A stretch of DNA of 41,558 nucleotides from Lutibacter sp. (GTDB lineage: Bacteria > Bacteroidota > Bacteroidia > Flavobacteriales > Flavobacteriaceae): the NCBI GenBank assembly GCA_041652835.1, contig JBAZGP010000001.1, forward strand, positions 1 to 41,558, in the 5' to 3' direction. The notes under the pieces are model-generated. The model saw only the letters and a list, made by a program, of their open reading frames with translations, searched no databases and was not told the DNA's origin. Of the stretch, positions 1 to 8,900 are shown piece by piece; positions within the stretch are counted from its first letter, which is position 1, and each line of letters starts with the position of its first letter. The position numbers and the translations under genes are program-made.

Positions 1-1038
1 AATACCGCCGATTTTGCTTTTACGCTCGATGATTCTAAGTTTTTAGACATTTCAACCCTAAATGAAAACACTTATTTTACGTTGCAATTGGTTATTAAAT
101 ACTATGATTTTTACGATGGCGTTCAGCAAACTGAAACCTTAAATTACAAACTACCGCTTTTTAATAAAAAACGCATTTTTAGTGTTGGAGAAATTATTCA
201 CAGAAATTTAAGCAGCATTTCCGTTTTAAATTCTCAGCAATTGCAATATAAAACGGCCTTGGTTGATATTACGATTAAAGAATATGATTTTTTGGATCCA
301 GAAACGGTTATTTCTTCTGAAGAAATGCTGGCAATTAAATTTATTGCAGGGCCGTTACCTGTTTTAATTGATGCCAATAAAGCATTATTATCGGTAAATG
401 CCAATGCTTCAAGAGTTACGCCTATTGGCTATATTTCTGTAAATTTTTTATTGCCGCTTGGTGATTATACTTTTGAAATTTCAAAAAATGGTGTTGTTGT
501 TTTTTCTGAAATTATAAGTGCCACAATTACCGACAATGTTTTTACAAAAACTTTAAAAGTTTCATTGTACAACGCATTACCGGGCGACATTTTTACAATG
601 GCAATTAATGGTACTGTTATTTCCAAAACCATTGAAATCAATGACTACCAACTGTTTTCAAACACTATTTTGTTTGTAAATGAATTCAAGTTATTGGAAT
701 CGTTGGAGTGTACCGGTGATTTTTCTTTTCCTGGTGATTATGATCAAATTACTCATAAATACAAACGCAATTTAATTGAGATTTTAGAAATAATTCGCAC
801 TAAAAAAGAAGATAATTTTAAAGTGGATACAGGTTGGGTTTTAGAAACCGACGGTATTTCAATTGACAGTTTGCTCCTGGGTAAAAAAGCTTGGTTATTA
901 AAAGAATCAAATAAAGTGGCTGAATTGGTTCCAATTTCTAAAAAAAACACCGCCATTGACAGCAAAAGAGAATCTTTTCAGTATGATTTAGAGTTTAAAA
1001 TTAATTCAACTTACAATGCACAAAATTATATATTCTAG
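1..1038 (+). CDS. Tail protein following the tape measure (distal-tail-like), 5'-truncated, allele A
   Basis: Frame is open from position 1 (NTADFAFTLDD...); paralog of 40462..41517, which directly follows the TMP. Confidence 0.75.
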   Translation, partial: NTADFAFTLDDSKFLDISTLNENTYFTLQLVIKYYDFYDGVQQTETLNYKLPLFNKKRIFSVGEIIHRNLSSISVLNSQQLQYKTALVDITIKEYDFLDPETVISSEEMLAIKFIAGPLPVLIDANKALLSVNANASRVTPIGYISVNFLLPLGDYTFEISKNGVVVFSEIISATITDNVFTKTLKVSLYNALPGDIFTMAINGTVISKTIEINDYQLFSNTILFVNEFKLLESLECTGDFSFPGDYDQITHKYKRNLIEILEIIRTKKEDNFKVDTGWVLETDGISIDSLLLGKKAWLLKESNKVAELVPISKKNTAIDSKRESFQYDLEFKINSTYNAQNYIF

Positions 1039-1079
1039 TTATGAATTAGATTTAACCCCTTTTAAAATTACAACGGTAG
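1..1079 (+). repeat. Diverged direct repeat, copy A (pairs with 40480-41558)
   Basis: Colinear at offset 40479 with no indels seen; first 118 nt identical, then many substitutions. Confidence 0.95.
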
Positions 1080-2845
1080 AGGAAAATCATTGGTTTAGCG
1101 ACCAGTTTTTTACAAAATATTCTTTTCCTTTTGACATTAAATTAATTGAAGCTTTAATTAAAGTTTTCGGTAATTTATTGGATGATAACAATGTGGTGTT
1201 AGAAACTTATTTTGAAGTTTTATATGTCGAAGGCAATAAAATTGAAACGGCTATTTTAGAAATAAATTCACAAAAAGGTTTAATTCTAAATGCTAAAATT
1301 CGTTATGGTTTTGATGAATTGCCAAACTGGAATAAAAAGTTAGCGGAACTGCCTTTGGAAGTAACTGCAATTACAGATATTTACGCACACGCCAAAACCA
1401 TTATTCCGCAAACGTGGCCAGCGGTAAATTATAACTATCCGCAAATTCATACCGATAAATACGATACTAATGAAGTTACCTGGGCTAATTTTAAAAAGAT
1501 TATTAATAATTATGATGGTACTAATTTTTTAGCCAATGTCTATAATGAATTTTATAAAGTAAATAGCAATATAATACAACCGTTACCTTACTTTCTGCAT
1601 ATTTTAACAGTTCTATTTGCTGATGCTGGCTATACATTAAAGGGAAATGTAACTACCAATGTCAACTTTAAAAAGCTATGCTTGTTTTCTGATATAGATT
1701 ATTTTAAAAATATCAATGGAAATTCTCAAACCTTGGTGTTAAAATCATCAGAATATACGCATATAGATAGTGATGGATTTTATAATTATGCTTTTCAAAT
1801 TACACTTAATAAAAATTCAGGTTATAGAGTTACTGGTAAGGTAATCTTTAATAATTTCTTTTCGGGGACTTTTTATCCATCAGAAATTTTAATAATGTAT
1901 AGAAACCAAGCTATATTTGGAAGAGTTGCCGTTTCTAATAGTGGGTTGACTGAATATAATTTAGATGCATCTTTTGTAACTATGGATGATGATAATAGTC
2001 ATACAATTGATATAACTGCAAAAATGTTATTGTTTTCAGAAGAAACGGAAATTTTAGACATTTCAATTCAAAGAGTATCTTTAATTAATATAGATGGTTT
2101 TGAAGCTCCTGTAGTTCCTGAAATATCTGAAATAAAATTATATAACGAAGTAGATTTAACCAAAGTAGTGCCTGATATTACGGGAGGAACATTCGTTTCC
2201 GCCTTAAAAAATTGGTACAATATAGATCTTACCATATTAGGCAAAGATATTTATATGAATTTCATTGAAAATGAAATTAATTACAATGATGCGGAAGATT
2301 TAAGCAATTTTGAAGTTTTAGAGCCTGCAAAAACATTCAACAATGATGTTTCCTTTTTGCTAAAATTTGCCGATGTAGATTCTGAAGCGTATAAATATGA
2401 TGTAATATTTCAAAACAAAGCCGGATTTGAAGTATCTGACAAAAATGTAAACAAACAAACCAATACAATCACTATTGATGCCCTGCCATTGCCTCAAAAA
2501 TATGCGGAAGGTGTGGAAACTGCCTTTGCTTTTGACCATGGTGGAAACAATAAAATTTATGCGGTACTTTATGATGGTTTAAATGCTGCCGGGTTAAATT
2601 TAACTGATGACATTACGCCTATTCTTATTCCTGCGGTACATCATAACCATTATAAAAAATGGTTTAATTTTAGAATTAATGCCATTAATTATGACTGGAC
2701 ATTTAAAATGTTTTCAGAAAAATTAGAAAAAATCAAAAAGAAAGTTTGGGCTTATGGCCGTTATCATGTTGTTAAAAGTATGAGTAAAACTCAAATAGAT
2801 GAAGATTTATACGAGGTAGATATTGAAACCCACAGTATGCCTTAA
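1016..2845 (+). CDS. Putative tail tip/baseplate hub protein
   Basis: 609 aa, beta-rich, second gene after the TMP; the TKYSFPF N-terminal motif resembles Bacteroidota phage tail proteins. Confidence 0.65.
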   Translation: MHKIIYSSYELDLTPFKITTVEENHWFSDQFFTKYSFPFDIKLIEALIKVFGNLLDDNNVVLETYFEVLYVEGNKIETAILEINSQKGLILNAKIRYGFDELPNWNKKLAELPLEVTAITDIYAHAKTIIPQTWPAVNYNYPQIHTDKYDTNEVTWANFKKIINNYDGTNFLANVYNEFYKVNSNIIQPLPYFLHILTVLFADAGYTLKGNVTTNVNFKKLCLFSDIDYFKNINGNSQTLVLKSSEYTHIDSDGFYNYAFQITLNKNSGYRVTGKVIFNNFFSGTFYPSEILIMYRNQAIFGRVAVSNSGLTEYNLDASFVTMDDDNSHTIDITAKMLLFSEETEILDISIQRVSLINIDGFEAPVVPEISEIKLYNEVDLTKVVPDITGGTFVSALKNWYNIDLTILGKDIYMNFIENEINYNDAEDLSNFEVLEPAKTFNNDVSFLLKFADVDSEAYKYDVIFQNKAGFEVSDKNVNKQTNTITIDALPLPQKYAEGVETAFAFDHGGNNKIYAVLYDGLNAAGLNLTDDITPILIPAVHHNHYKKWFNFRINAINYDWTFKMFSEKLEKIKKKVWAYGRYHVVKSMSKTQIDEDLYEVDIETHSMP

Positions 2846-3222
2846 TTCAAAAATTTAACAGATGATTTTTGTATATTTTTATCGGCAACTTTCAAATCTT
2901 TAGGCGTGTATGTGTCAGTTTGTGCAGAACTGTAATGCCTTGCCTGATCTCTAACCGAAATTAAAGGAACTCCTGCACGCAACAAATCAGTAATGCCACT
3001 ATCTTTAAGGCTATACCAATCAATATTTTTATTAATTGCCAGTTCCGTTCTCATTCGCGCCCAGCTTTTAGTAATTCTATCCGGATGAATAGGTCTAAAG
3101 AGTTTATCACCTCTAAAATTTGCGGAAGTTTGCCCTATAGAAGTATAAAAAAATTCTTTAGTAACATCTTGTTTTTCAGCAAATTGCTTAATTCTTTCTT
3201 TTATGGCCGAAACTTTATTCAC
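2842..3222 (-). pseudogene. In-frame chimera: CI-like repressor N-terminus (aa ~1-44) plus tyrosine integrase C-terminus (aa ~45-126)
   Basis: IKERIKQFAEKQDVTKEFFYTSIGQTSANFRG is an XRE-type repressor start divergent from a cro-like gene; WYSLKDSGITDLL...VRDQARHYSSAQTDTYT is a recombinase box II with His and Tyr; most of both proteins is missing. Confidence 0.8.
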
Positions 3223-3260
3223 TTTTATTTGTGTATATGAAACTTTATTCTCTATATTTA
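3209..3260. promoter_or_regulatory. Immunity-region operators/promoter: GAAACTTTATTC x2 (3209-3220, 3239-3250) and a -7-like TATATTTA (3253-3260)
   Basis: Exact 12-bp repeat between the divergent repressor-like and cro-like genes. Confidence 0.55.
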
Positions 3261-3329
3261 CATTATTAAAAAAACAATTACTGTTAGCAAGTTAACAATT
3301 TATTAAACACCAACAAAACATAGATTTCT

Positions 3330-3584
3330 ATGATATCAACCGAAGAAAAATTAAAGTTTAAAATGATTTTGGGACATAGATATGTATCCCAAATTAAGGA
3401 AGTATTAAACGAACGCAATATTATTGACGGTTCGGGTAAGGCTTATAGTGATGGAATGATTAGACAGGTTTTTAACGGGAATTCTGAAAACTTCGAAATT
3501 GAATCTGCAATTATTGAAGCCGCTAAAAGGCAGAAAGAATTTATATCAAATCTAAAAAAACAAAAAAACACAATTTTAAAATAA
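3330..3584 (+). CDS. Cro-like small DNA-binding protein
   Basis: 84 aa, divergent from the repressor remnant; YSDGMIRQVFNG is HTH-like. Confidence 0.6.
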   Translation: MISTEEKLKFKMILGHRYVSQIKEVLNERNIIDGSGKAYSDGMIRQVFNGNSENFEIESAIIEAAKRQKEFISNLKKQKNTILK

Positions 3585-3589
3585 AGCGT

Positions 3590-4219
3590 ATGAAAGCAAT
3601 TGAATTTATTTATCAGGAAAACGCCATTCATTTTTTAGTGAATCCTAAAAATGACAATGTAATGATAAACGCCACAGAAATGGCAAAAGCATTTAATAAA
3701 AGAGTTGAAGATTTTAAAAGATTAGATGGTACTTCCATTTTTATTGAAGCACTTTTGAAGTCAGAAAATAGCAAGTTTGAACACGCAGATGTGCGTGAAC
3801 AACTTACCGAAAAAGATTCAGAAAACAGCAAATTTGAACCCTCACATGTGAGGGAACAACTTACCGAAAAAGATGTTATTTATGGAACCAATAAAGCCAC
3901 TTTTATGCACAGGAAATTGGCGATGTATTTTGCATTTTGGTTAGATGTTGATTTCCAAATTTGGATTATTGATACAATTGATGATATTTTATTTGGAAAC
4001 TACAAACAACACGATCAGGCAGTAATCGAAAATTTAAAGTTTGAAAAAGAACTTGAAGATGTAGAAGTTGAACTTTATAACAATCCTTTGTTTGTAAAAT
4101 ATCAAAATATCAATTTACTTATCAAAACTACAAACGCTGAAAAGCGCAAAGCTTTAAAAGCACAAATAAATCAAATTAAGTTAGATTTTTCAAACAGTGA
4201 TAAATCTACTTCACAATAG
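3590..4219 (+). CDS. KilA-N domain protein (antirepressor-like), copy 1
   Basis: VMINATEMAKAF...TFMHRKLAMYFAFWLDVDFQIWI KilA-N signature. Confidence 0.9.
   Translation: MKAIEFIYQENAIHFLVNPKNDNVMINATEMAKAFNKRVEDFKRLDGTSIFIEALLKSENSKFEHADVREQLTEKDSENSKFEPSHVREQLTEKDVIYGTNKATFMHRKLAMYFAFWLDVDFQIWIIDTIDDILFGNYKQHDQAVIENLKFEKELEDVEVELYNNPLFVKYQNINLLIKTTNAEKRKALKAQINQIKLDFSNSDKSTSQ
3761..3874 (+). repeat. 57-bp (19-aa) tandem duplication inside KilA-N copy 1
   Basis: SENSKFEHADVREQLTEKD / SENSKFEPSHVREQLTEKD at 3761-3817 and 3818-3874. Confidence 0.9.
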
Positions 4220-4293
4220 TAGGGTATCGAAACATTTTAAAAATCTTTGGTAGTATGGAGGGTTAAAACTACCATCTTTTTCATAGCAATTTT

Positions 4294-4330
4294 CTACTCT
4301 CGTTAAGAGATTTTCGAGAGTAGTTTTTTT
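4294..4330 (+). terminator. Intrinsic terminator
   Basis: CTACTCTCG...CGAGAGTAG stem followed by a T7 tract. Confidence 0.65.
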
Positions 4331-4345
4331 AAAACAACAAACAAA

Positions 4346-4432
4346 ATGAAAAACGATTTAAAAGCATTTTTACTGGCCGTTTTACTTTTAGCATTGGCCT
4401 TTATTATTCAATACACACAAATACTAGACTAA
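4346..4432 (+). CDS. 28-aa single-TM peptide (MKNDLKAFLLAVLLLALAFIIQYTQILD)
   Basis: Translated by hand; A-rich leader and hydrophobic core; below the ORF-track cutoff. Confidence 0.5.
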   Translation: MKNDLKAFLLAVLLLALAFIIQYTQILD

Positions 4433-4433
4433 A

Positions 4434-4604
4434 ATGAAACGTACATTTTTATTTGCACGCATTGCCGGGGTAATTTTTAACGGGTATTTATATTTTGGGA
4501 TGGATTTAGATTTCCTGAGTTGTCTTATATCAACTTTAATAGTTTTTGCAATTACGGCCCCCGAGAAAAAAAATAAACCCGAAGCGGACACTTCAGGTTT
4601 GTAA
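4434..4604 (+). CDS. 56-aa small membrane protein
   Basis: Translated by hand (MKRTFLFARIAGVIFNGYLYFGMDLDFLSCLISTLIVFAITAP...); starts 1 nt after the previous stop. Confidence 0.5.
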   Translation: MKRTFLFARIAGVIFNGYLYFGMDLDFLSCLISTLIVFAITAPEKKNKPEADTSGL

Positions 4605-4631
4605 AATCACTAATCACTAAAATTTACAACT

Positions 4632-5225
4632 ATGATTAACAATTTCAACAAAAGTAGCAATTACTTACAACTAGACCAAATTGTTGCAGGCGTTATGCCA
4701 AACGATTCTAACATTGAATTTGTGGGCATAAAAAAAACCAAGCAAGTATTATGGCTTCAAAATGGAAGCAATCATTATTTTTCCGATTTGCCAAGTGAAT
4801 ATTTGCAATTAATTAAAGAGGAATATTTAAAATGGCCTAAGGCCATAGCCTTTTTAAGCAATATTACATCTTCGTTTCCCCGGCAATTAGAACTATTTAC
4901 TTACTATATGTATGGCAATTTGGATACAAGGCCAGATATAGCCAATGGTAAATTATCGTTTCCTGATAATTTTAGAGATACCCGAAATTGCCCTAGCCTT
5001 CTTTGGAACTGCAAAAACATAACAATTGATGGCTACGTGCTTGATCAAAGGGAACTGTTAATTACCGATATGTTTTTTGATGATGTTCCGGATAAAACAA
5101 TTGCCAGGGCGCTAAACATTTCTGAATCTTATTTAAATGACATTAAAAGTAAAATGTATCGCAATACAGGCGTGCAAACTAAGGTTGCCTACATGAGAAA
5201 AGCAATTCAACAACAAGCGGTTTAG
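4632..5225 (+). CDS. Regulator with C-terminal LuxR-type HTH
   Basis: LDQRELLI...PDKTIARALNISESYLNDIKSKMYRNTGVQTK. Confidence 0.8.
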   Translation: MINNFNKSSNYLQLDQIVAGVMPNDSNIEFVGIKKTKQVLWLQNGSNHYFSDLPSEYLQLIKEEYLKWPKAIAFLSNITSSFPRQLELFTYYMYGNLDTRPDIANGKLSFPDNFRDTRNCPSLLWNCKNITIDGYVLDQRELLITDMFFDDVPDKTIARALNISESYLNDIKSKMYRNTGVQTKVAYMRKAIQQQAV

Positions 5226-5227
5226 TT

Positions 5228-5359
5228 ATGGAAAAATCCAAAATAGTGCTAGGTCGTATAATTTTTATACCTGAATTCACCGGAACTGAACAAGTTGAAT
5301 TCAATGAATTAATGAGTTTATATAATTCATTAGGTAAAACTAAAAAAACCGAATTATGA
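5228..5359 (+). CDS. Hypothetical 43-aa protein
   Basis: Translated by hand; fills the gap with an ATGA overlap to the next ORF. Confidence 0.45.
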   Translation: MEKSKIVLGRIIFIPEFTGTEQVEFNELMSLYNSLGKTKKTEL

Positions 5360-5727
5360 AAAACCAAATTCACCGCAAAATTGACATTCAAATTGATTCC
5401 AGTTTAAAAATTGAATTATTAGCTGATAGGTTTATAAAAGAACTCAAAAAGGCAGGTTACACACCTTTTGAAATGGTAAGAGTTTTAAAAATGGCCAGAT
5501 TAAAATATGAATACTTAAAATATAAAAATATGTCAAAATTTCTTTTAACAATAAACCAATTACAAGAGCAATCAGATAAATATCAGGCGCAATTAGCCGC
5601 TTTAGAAATAGATGAGAGTTATAAAGATTTTGAAGAAAACCGAACGCTTTTAAGAACTTTTTATAAGGAAAAAATTTCTGAGTTTACTGCCGAAATAAAC
5701 AAGTTTAAAGCGGTTGAAAATGTGTAA
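5356..5727 (+). CDS. Hypothetical protein
   Basis: ORF track; tightly packed early operon. Confidence 0.6.
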   Translation: MKNQIHRKIDIQIDSSLKIELLADRFIKELKKAGYTPFEMVRVLKMARLKYEYLKYKNMSKFLLTINQLQEQSDKYQAQLAALEIDESYKDFEENRTLLRTFYKEKISEFTAEINKFKAVENV

Positions 5728-5911
5728 AAAACAACAAAATCGCAGGTATCAATTGCATCAGTCCATTAAAAACAATTTTGAATATGATGTAAAAACGAAG
5801 CTTGTTAAACTTCCGCATAATTTTTCAGAAGATCACTATTCTAAAAAAATAGTAAACGCTTTAAAAGAACTTCAAAAAATGAATTACTCACTCCAAATTT
5901 CTATTTGTTAA
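5714..5911 (+). CDS. Hypothetical protein
   Basis: ORF track; TAATG coupling to the primase ATG at 5911. Confidence 0.6.
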   Translation: MKMCKKQQNRRYQLHQSIKNNFEYDVKTKLVKLPHNFSEDHYSKKIVNALKELQKMNYSLQISIC

Positions 5912-8900
5912 TGTATACCAAAGAATCTATTGATAAAGTAAGAGATACCGATATAGTACAAACAATAATGAAGTACGTTGAACTTAAAAAAAGCGGTTCG
6001 GGGTACGAGGGTTTTTCGCCATTTGTTGCTGAAAAAACACCAAGTTTTAAAGTTTCACAATCCAAACAAATATTTAAATGCTTTAGTTCAGGCAAAGGTG
6101 GCGATGCCATATCCTTTATTGAAGCGCATGAGAAAGTTAACTTTTATGAAGCTATTGAAATAATTGCAAAAATTCATTCCATTTCTTTGGAACGTGTTCA
6201 GGAAACTGAAGTGGCCAAGCGCTCACGTATTGTCATTGAAACAATGGAAGAATTTTCCACAAAAGTAGCTTCAATTTACCGAAACAATTTTTTCACATTA
6301 GAACCAACGCACTGGGCAAAAGAAATGATTAATGTTGAGCGTGGTTTTAGTGATGAAATACAAATTGACTTTCAAATTGGATATGGATTGCTTGAAAATC
6401 AAATCACAAATTACAGTCAGGAAACTGGAAACTTTGAAAATGCCAAAAAATTAGGATTGGTAAACACCAAAGAATCTTCAACCTATGATGTTTTTAAAAA
6501 GCGTGTCATTTTCCCAATTCATAACCATAGAGGTAAAGTTGTTGGTTTTGGCGGCCGACGCTCAAATGATGAAGCTGATGCAAATTATGCCAAATATTTA
6601 AATTCAAAAGAATCGGATATTTTCGATAAATCTTCCATATTATACGGTTTATGGCAAGCTAAAGAAGCTATTAACAGAAAAGGATTTGCCATTTTAACAG
6701 AAGGTTATACCGATGTTATTGCGATGCATCAGCATTTTTGCGACAATACCGTTGCATCCATGGGGACGGCTTTAACCGAACAACACTTAAAATTATTGGG
6801 CAGATATTGCAAACACATTGTTGTTTTGCGTGATGCCGATAAGCCCGGACAAGCTGCTGCCGAAAAAGACCTAAATGCTGGATTAGATAATGGGTTTACT
6901 ATAGATGTATGCAGTTTGCCACTGGGCGAAGATCCAGACAGTTTTTGCCGAAAAGAAAAGGATGTTGAAGCGTGGATTGATCAAAATAAAAAAGACGGAA
7001 TTTATTGGATTACGGAATTGCTTTTTTCTGAAGAAAACATTGTACGTGATAATTATCAGCGTGAAGTTGATGATCTAAATGAATCTTTAAAAATTAATGT
7101 AAAAGCGTTAGAAGCTGATATTGTTTCTGTTGATGATTTAGAAGATGTCGCCGAAATTAAACAGGCAAAACTTCATAATAAAACAGTTTTGGCCGATGTT
7201 GAACGCTTTAAAAAAGACCATTTGCAAGAAGTGAAAAACCTTGTAAAAATTGATGTCCGCAAAAAATCTGCGGCACTTAAAAAAATATGTGAAATCCTGT
7301 TTAAAATTAAACGCGAAGCCGTAAGGTTCGAATATATTAAAGAGGTTTCGAAAATTACAGAATATACGCCCGGCACTATAAAACTTGAAATAGGAAATCT
7401 AGAAAAAGAAGCAACCGAAAAACGCATTAATGATACCGGAAAATTTAAATCTTCAAAAAAGAATTTACCAAAAGGTGCCGACCCTGAAGAATATAATGAG
7501 TTTGGTTTTGTATCCATAAAAGGCTCATATCATTTTGAAAATTCAAACGGTACTTTTTTTGAAGCAACCGATTATCTTTTTAATCCGCTCTATCACATTT
7601 TAGGCCGTCGAGAAAATAAGCGAATTGTTGAATTAATTAACGATGCCGGCAAACGTAGATTGATAGATTTTGATTCGGGTTTGTTGGCCGATTTTGGACG
7701 GTTTAGAAGAGAGTTATACAAGTTAGGGGGGTTTCGCTTTAAAATTGAAAACGGTTTCCGTACGGAACATTTTGAACGCTTTGTTGGCAGATTTGACCGA
7801 GAATTTGAACCGGCCAAAGAATTGTTTTCAATGGGTTGGAATAAAAATGGTTTTTGGGCCTTTGCTGATGGAATTCATTATAAAAATCAGTTTACAAAAG
7901 TAAACAAATACGGCATTGTTAGGCTTGAAGGCATTAATAAAACAGAGGTTATTGATGAATACAATGATGAGATTGAAAATTACTATTCGCCCGCATTTTC
8001 TGTAATGCACAAACAAAATGAGGAAGATGATGATCCTTATGAAAATGACCGGTCTTTTGTTTACCGTAAATCTCCGGTAACTTTATTGGAATGGGAAAAT
8101 CAAATGATTACCGTTTTTGGTGAAAAGGGAAAAATTGGAATAACCTATGTGTTTGCCGCAATTTTTAGAGACCTTTTTATGACCAATTACAAAACGTTTC
8201 CAATCTTGGGATGCTTTGGTGAAAAAGATTCGGGAAAATCAACCTTTGGTGAATTACTGCAAAACTTCTTTTATACAGATTTGAAAGCTTTGGATATTTC
8301 TCAAGCTACACACGTAGGTTTTACACGATTGGTTTCTCGTTGCCACAATACAATAATTGCCTGTGATGAATATTCCGACAAAGGTGTTGACCCAAAAATA
8401 CAACAGGGCGTAATGGGGAGTTATGGCGGTTTAGGACGTGCAAAAGGGTTAAATACCGGTGATAAACGCACTACCAACGATAAAATAAACTCTTCAATAG
8501 TTTTAATGGGCCAATGGCTTCCGGCAATTTTTGACAATGCTTTGGTAACAAGAATTATTGCCTTAATGTTTCCAAGCAGCAAATTTACGCCAGAACAAAA
8601 AGAGGAATATAACAAATTGGTAAATTGGATGATTCCCGGTGTCTCTTCATTGATTTTAGAAATTTTGGAACACAGAACCTATTTTGAAAAACAATTGCCA
8701 ATTGTTTACAACCAAGTTACCCGCACTTTAAAGGAAAAATTAAAAGACAAAGAATATCAGGAACGTGTGTTAGAAAATGTAACAAAATTACTGGTGACCT
8801 ATAAAATTTTAGCTGACAAAATTAGCATTCCATTTAATGAAGTTGATTTTGAAGCGATTTGCATAAATACCATTATTGAAAACAGCGAACAAATTTCCGA

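Noticed and set aside
1-1079. DGR template/variable repeat pair with 40480-41558
   Set aside because: No reverse transcriptase in the window, the repeat is ~1 kb, and the differences are not adenine-specific and include many silent third-position changes
2842-3222. Functional integrase or integron integrase for the attC-like sites
   Set aside because: Only the last ~80 aa of a recombinase are present; the first catalytic Arg, the core-binding domain and any IntI-specific insertion are missing
4221-4235. tRNA fragment or att core (GGGTATCGAAAC, GGGTTGCGAAAC)
   Set aside because: Only loosely resembles a T-loop; no cloverleaf or acceptor stem around either copy
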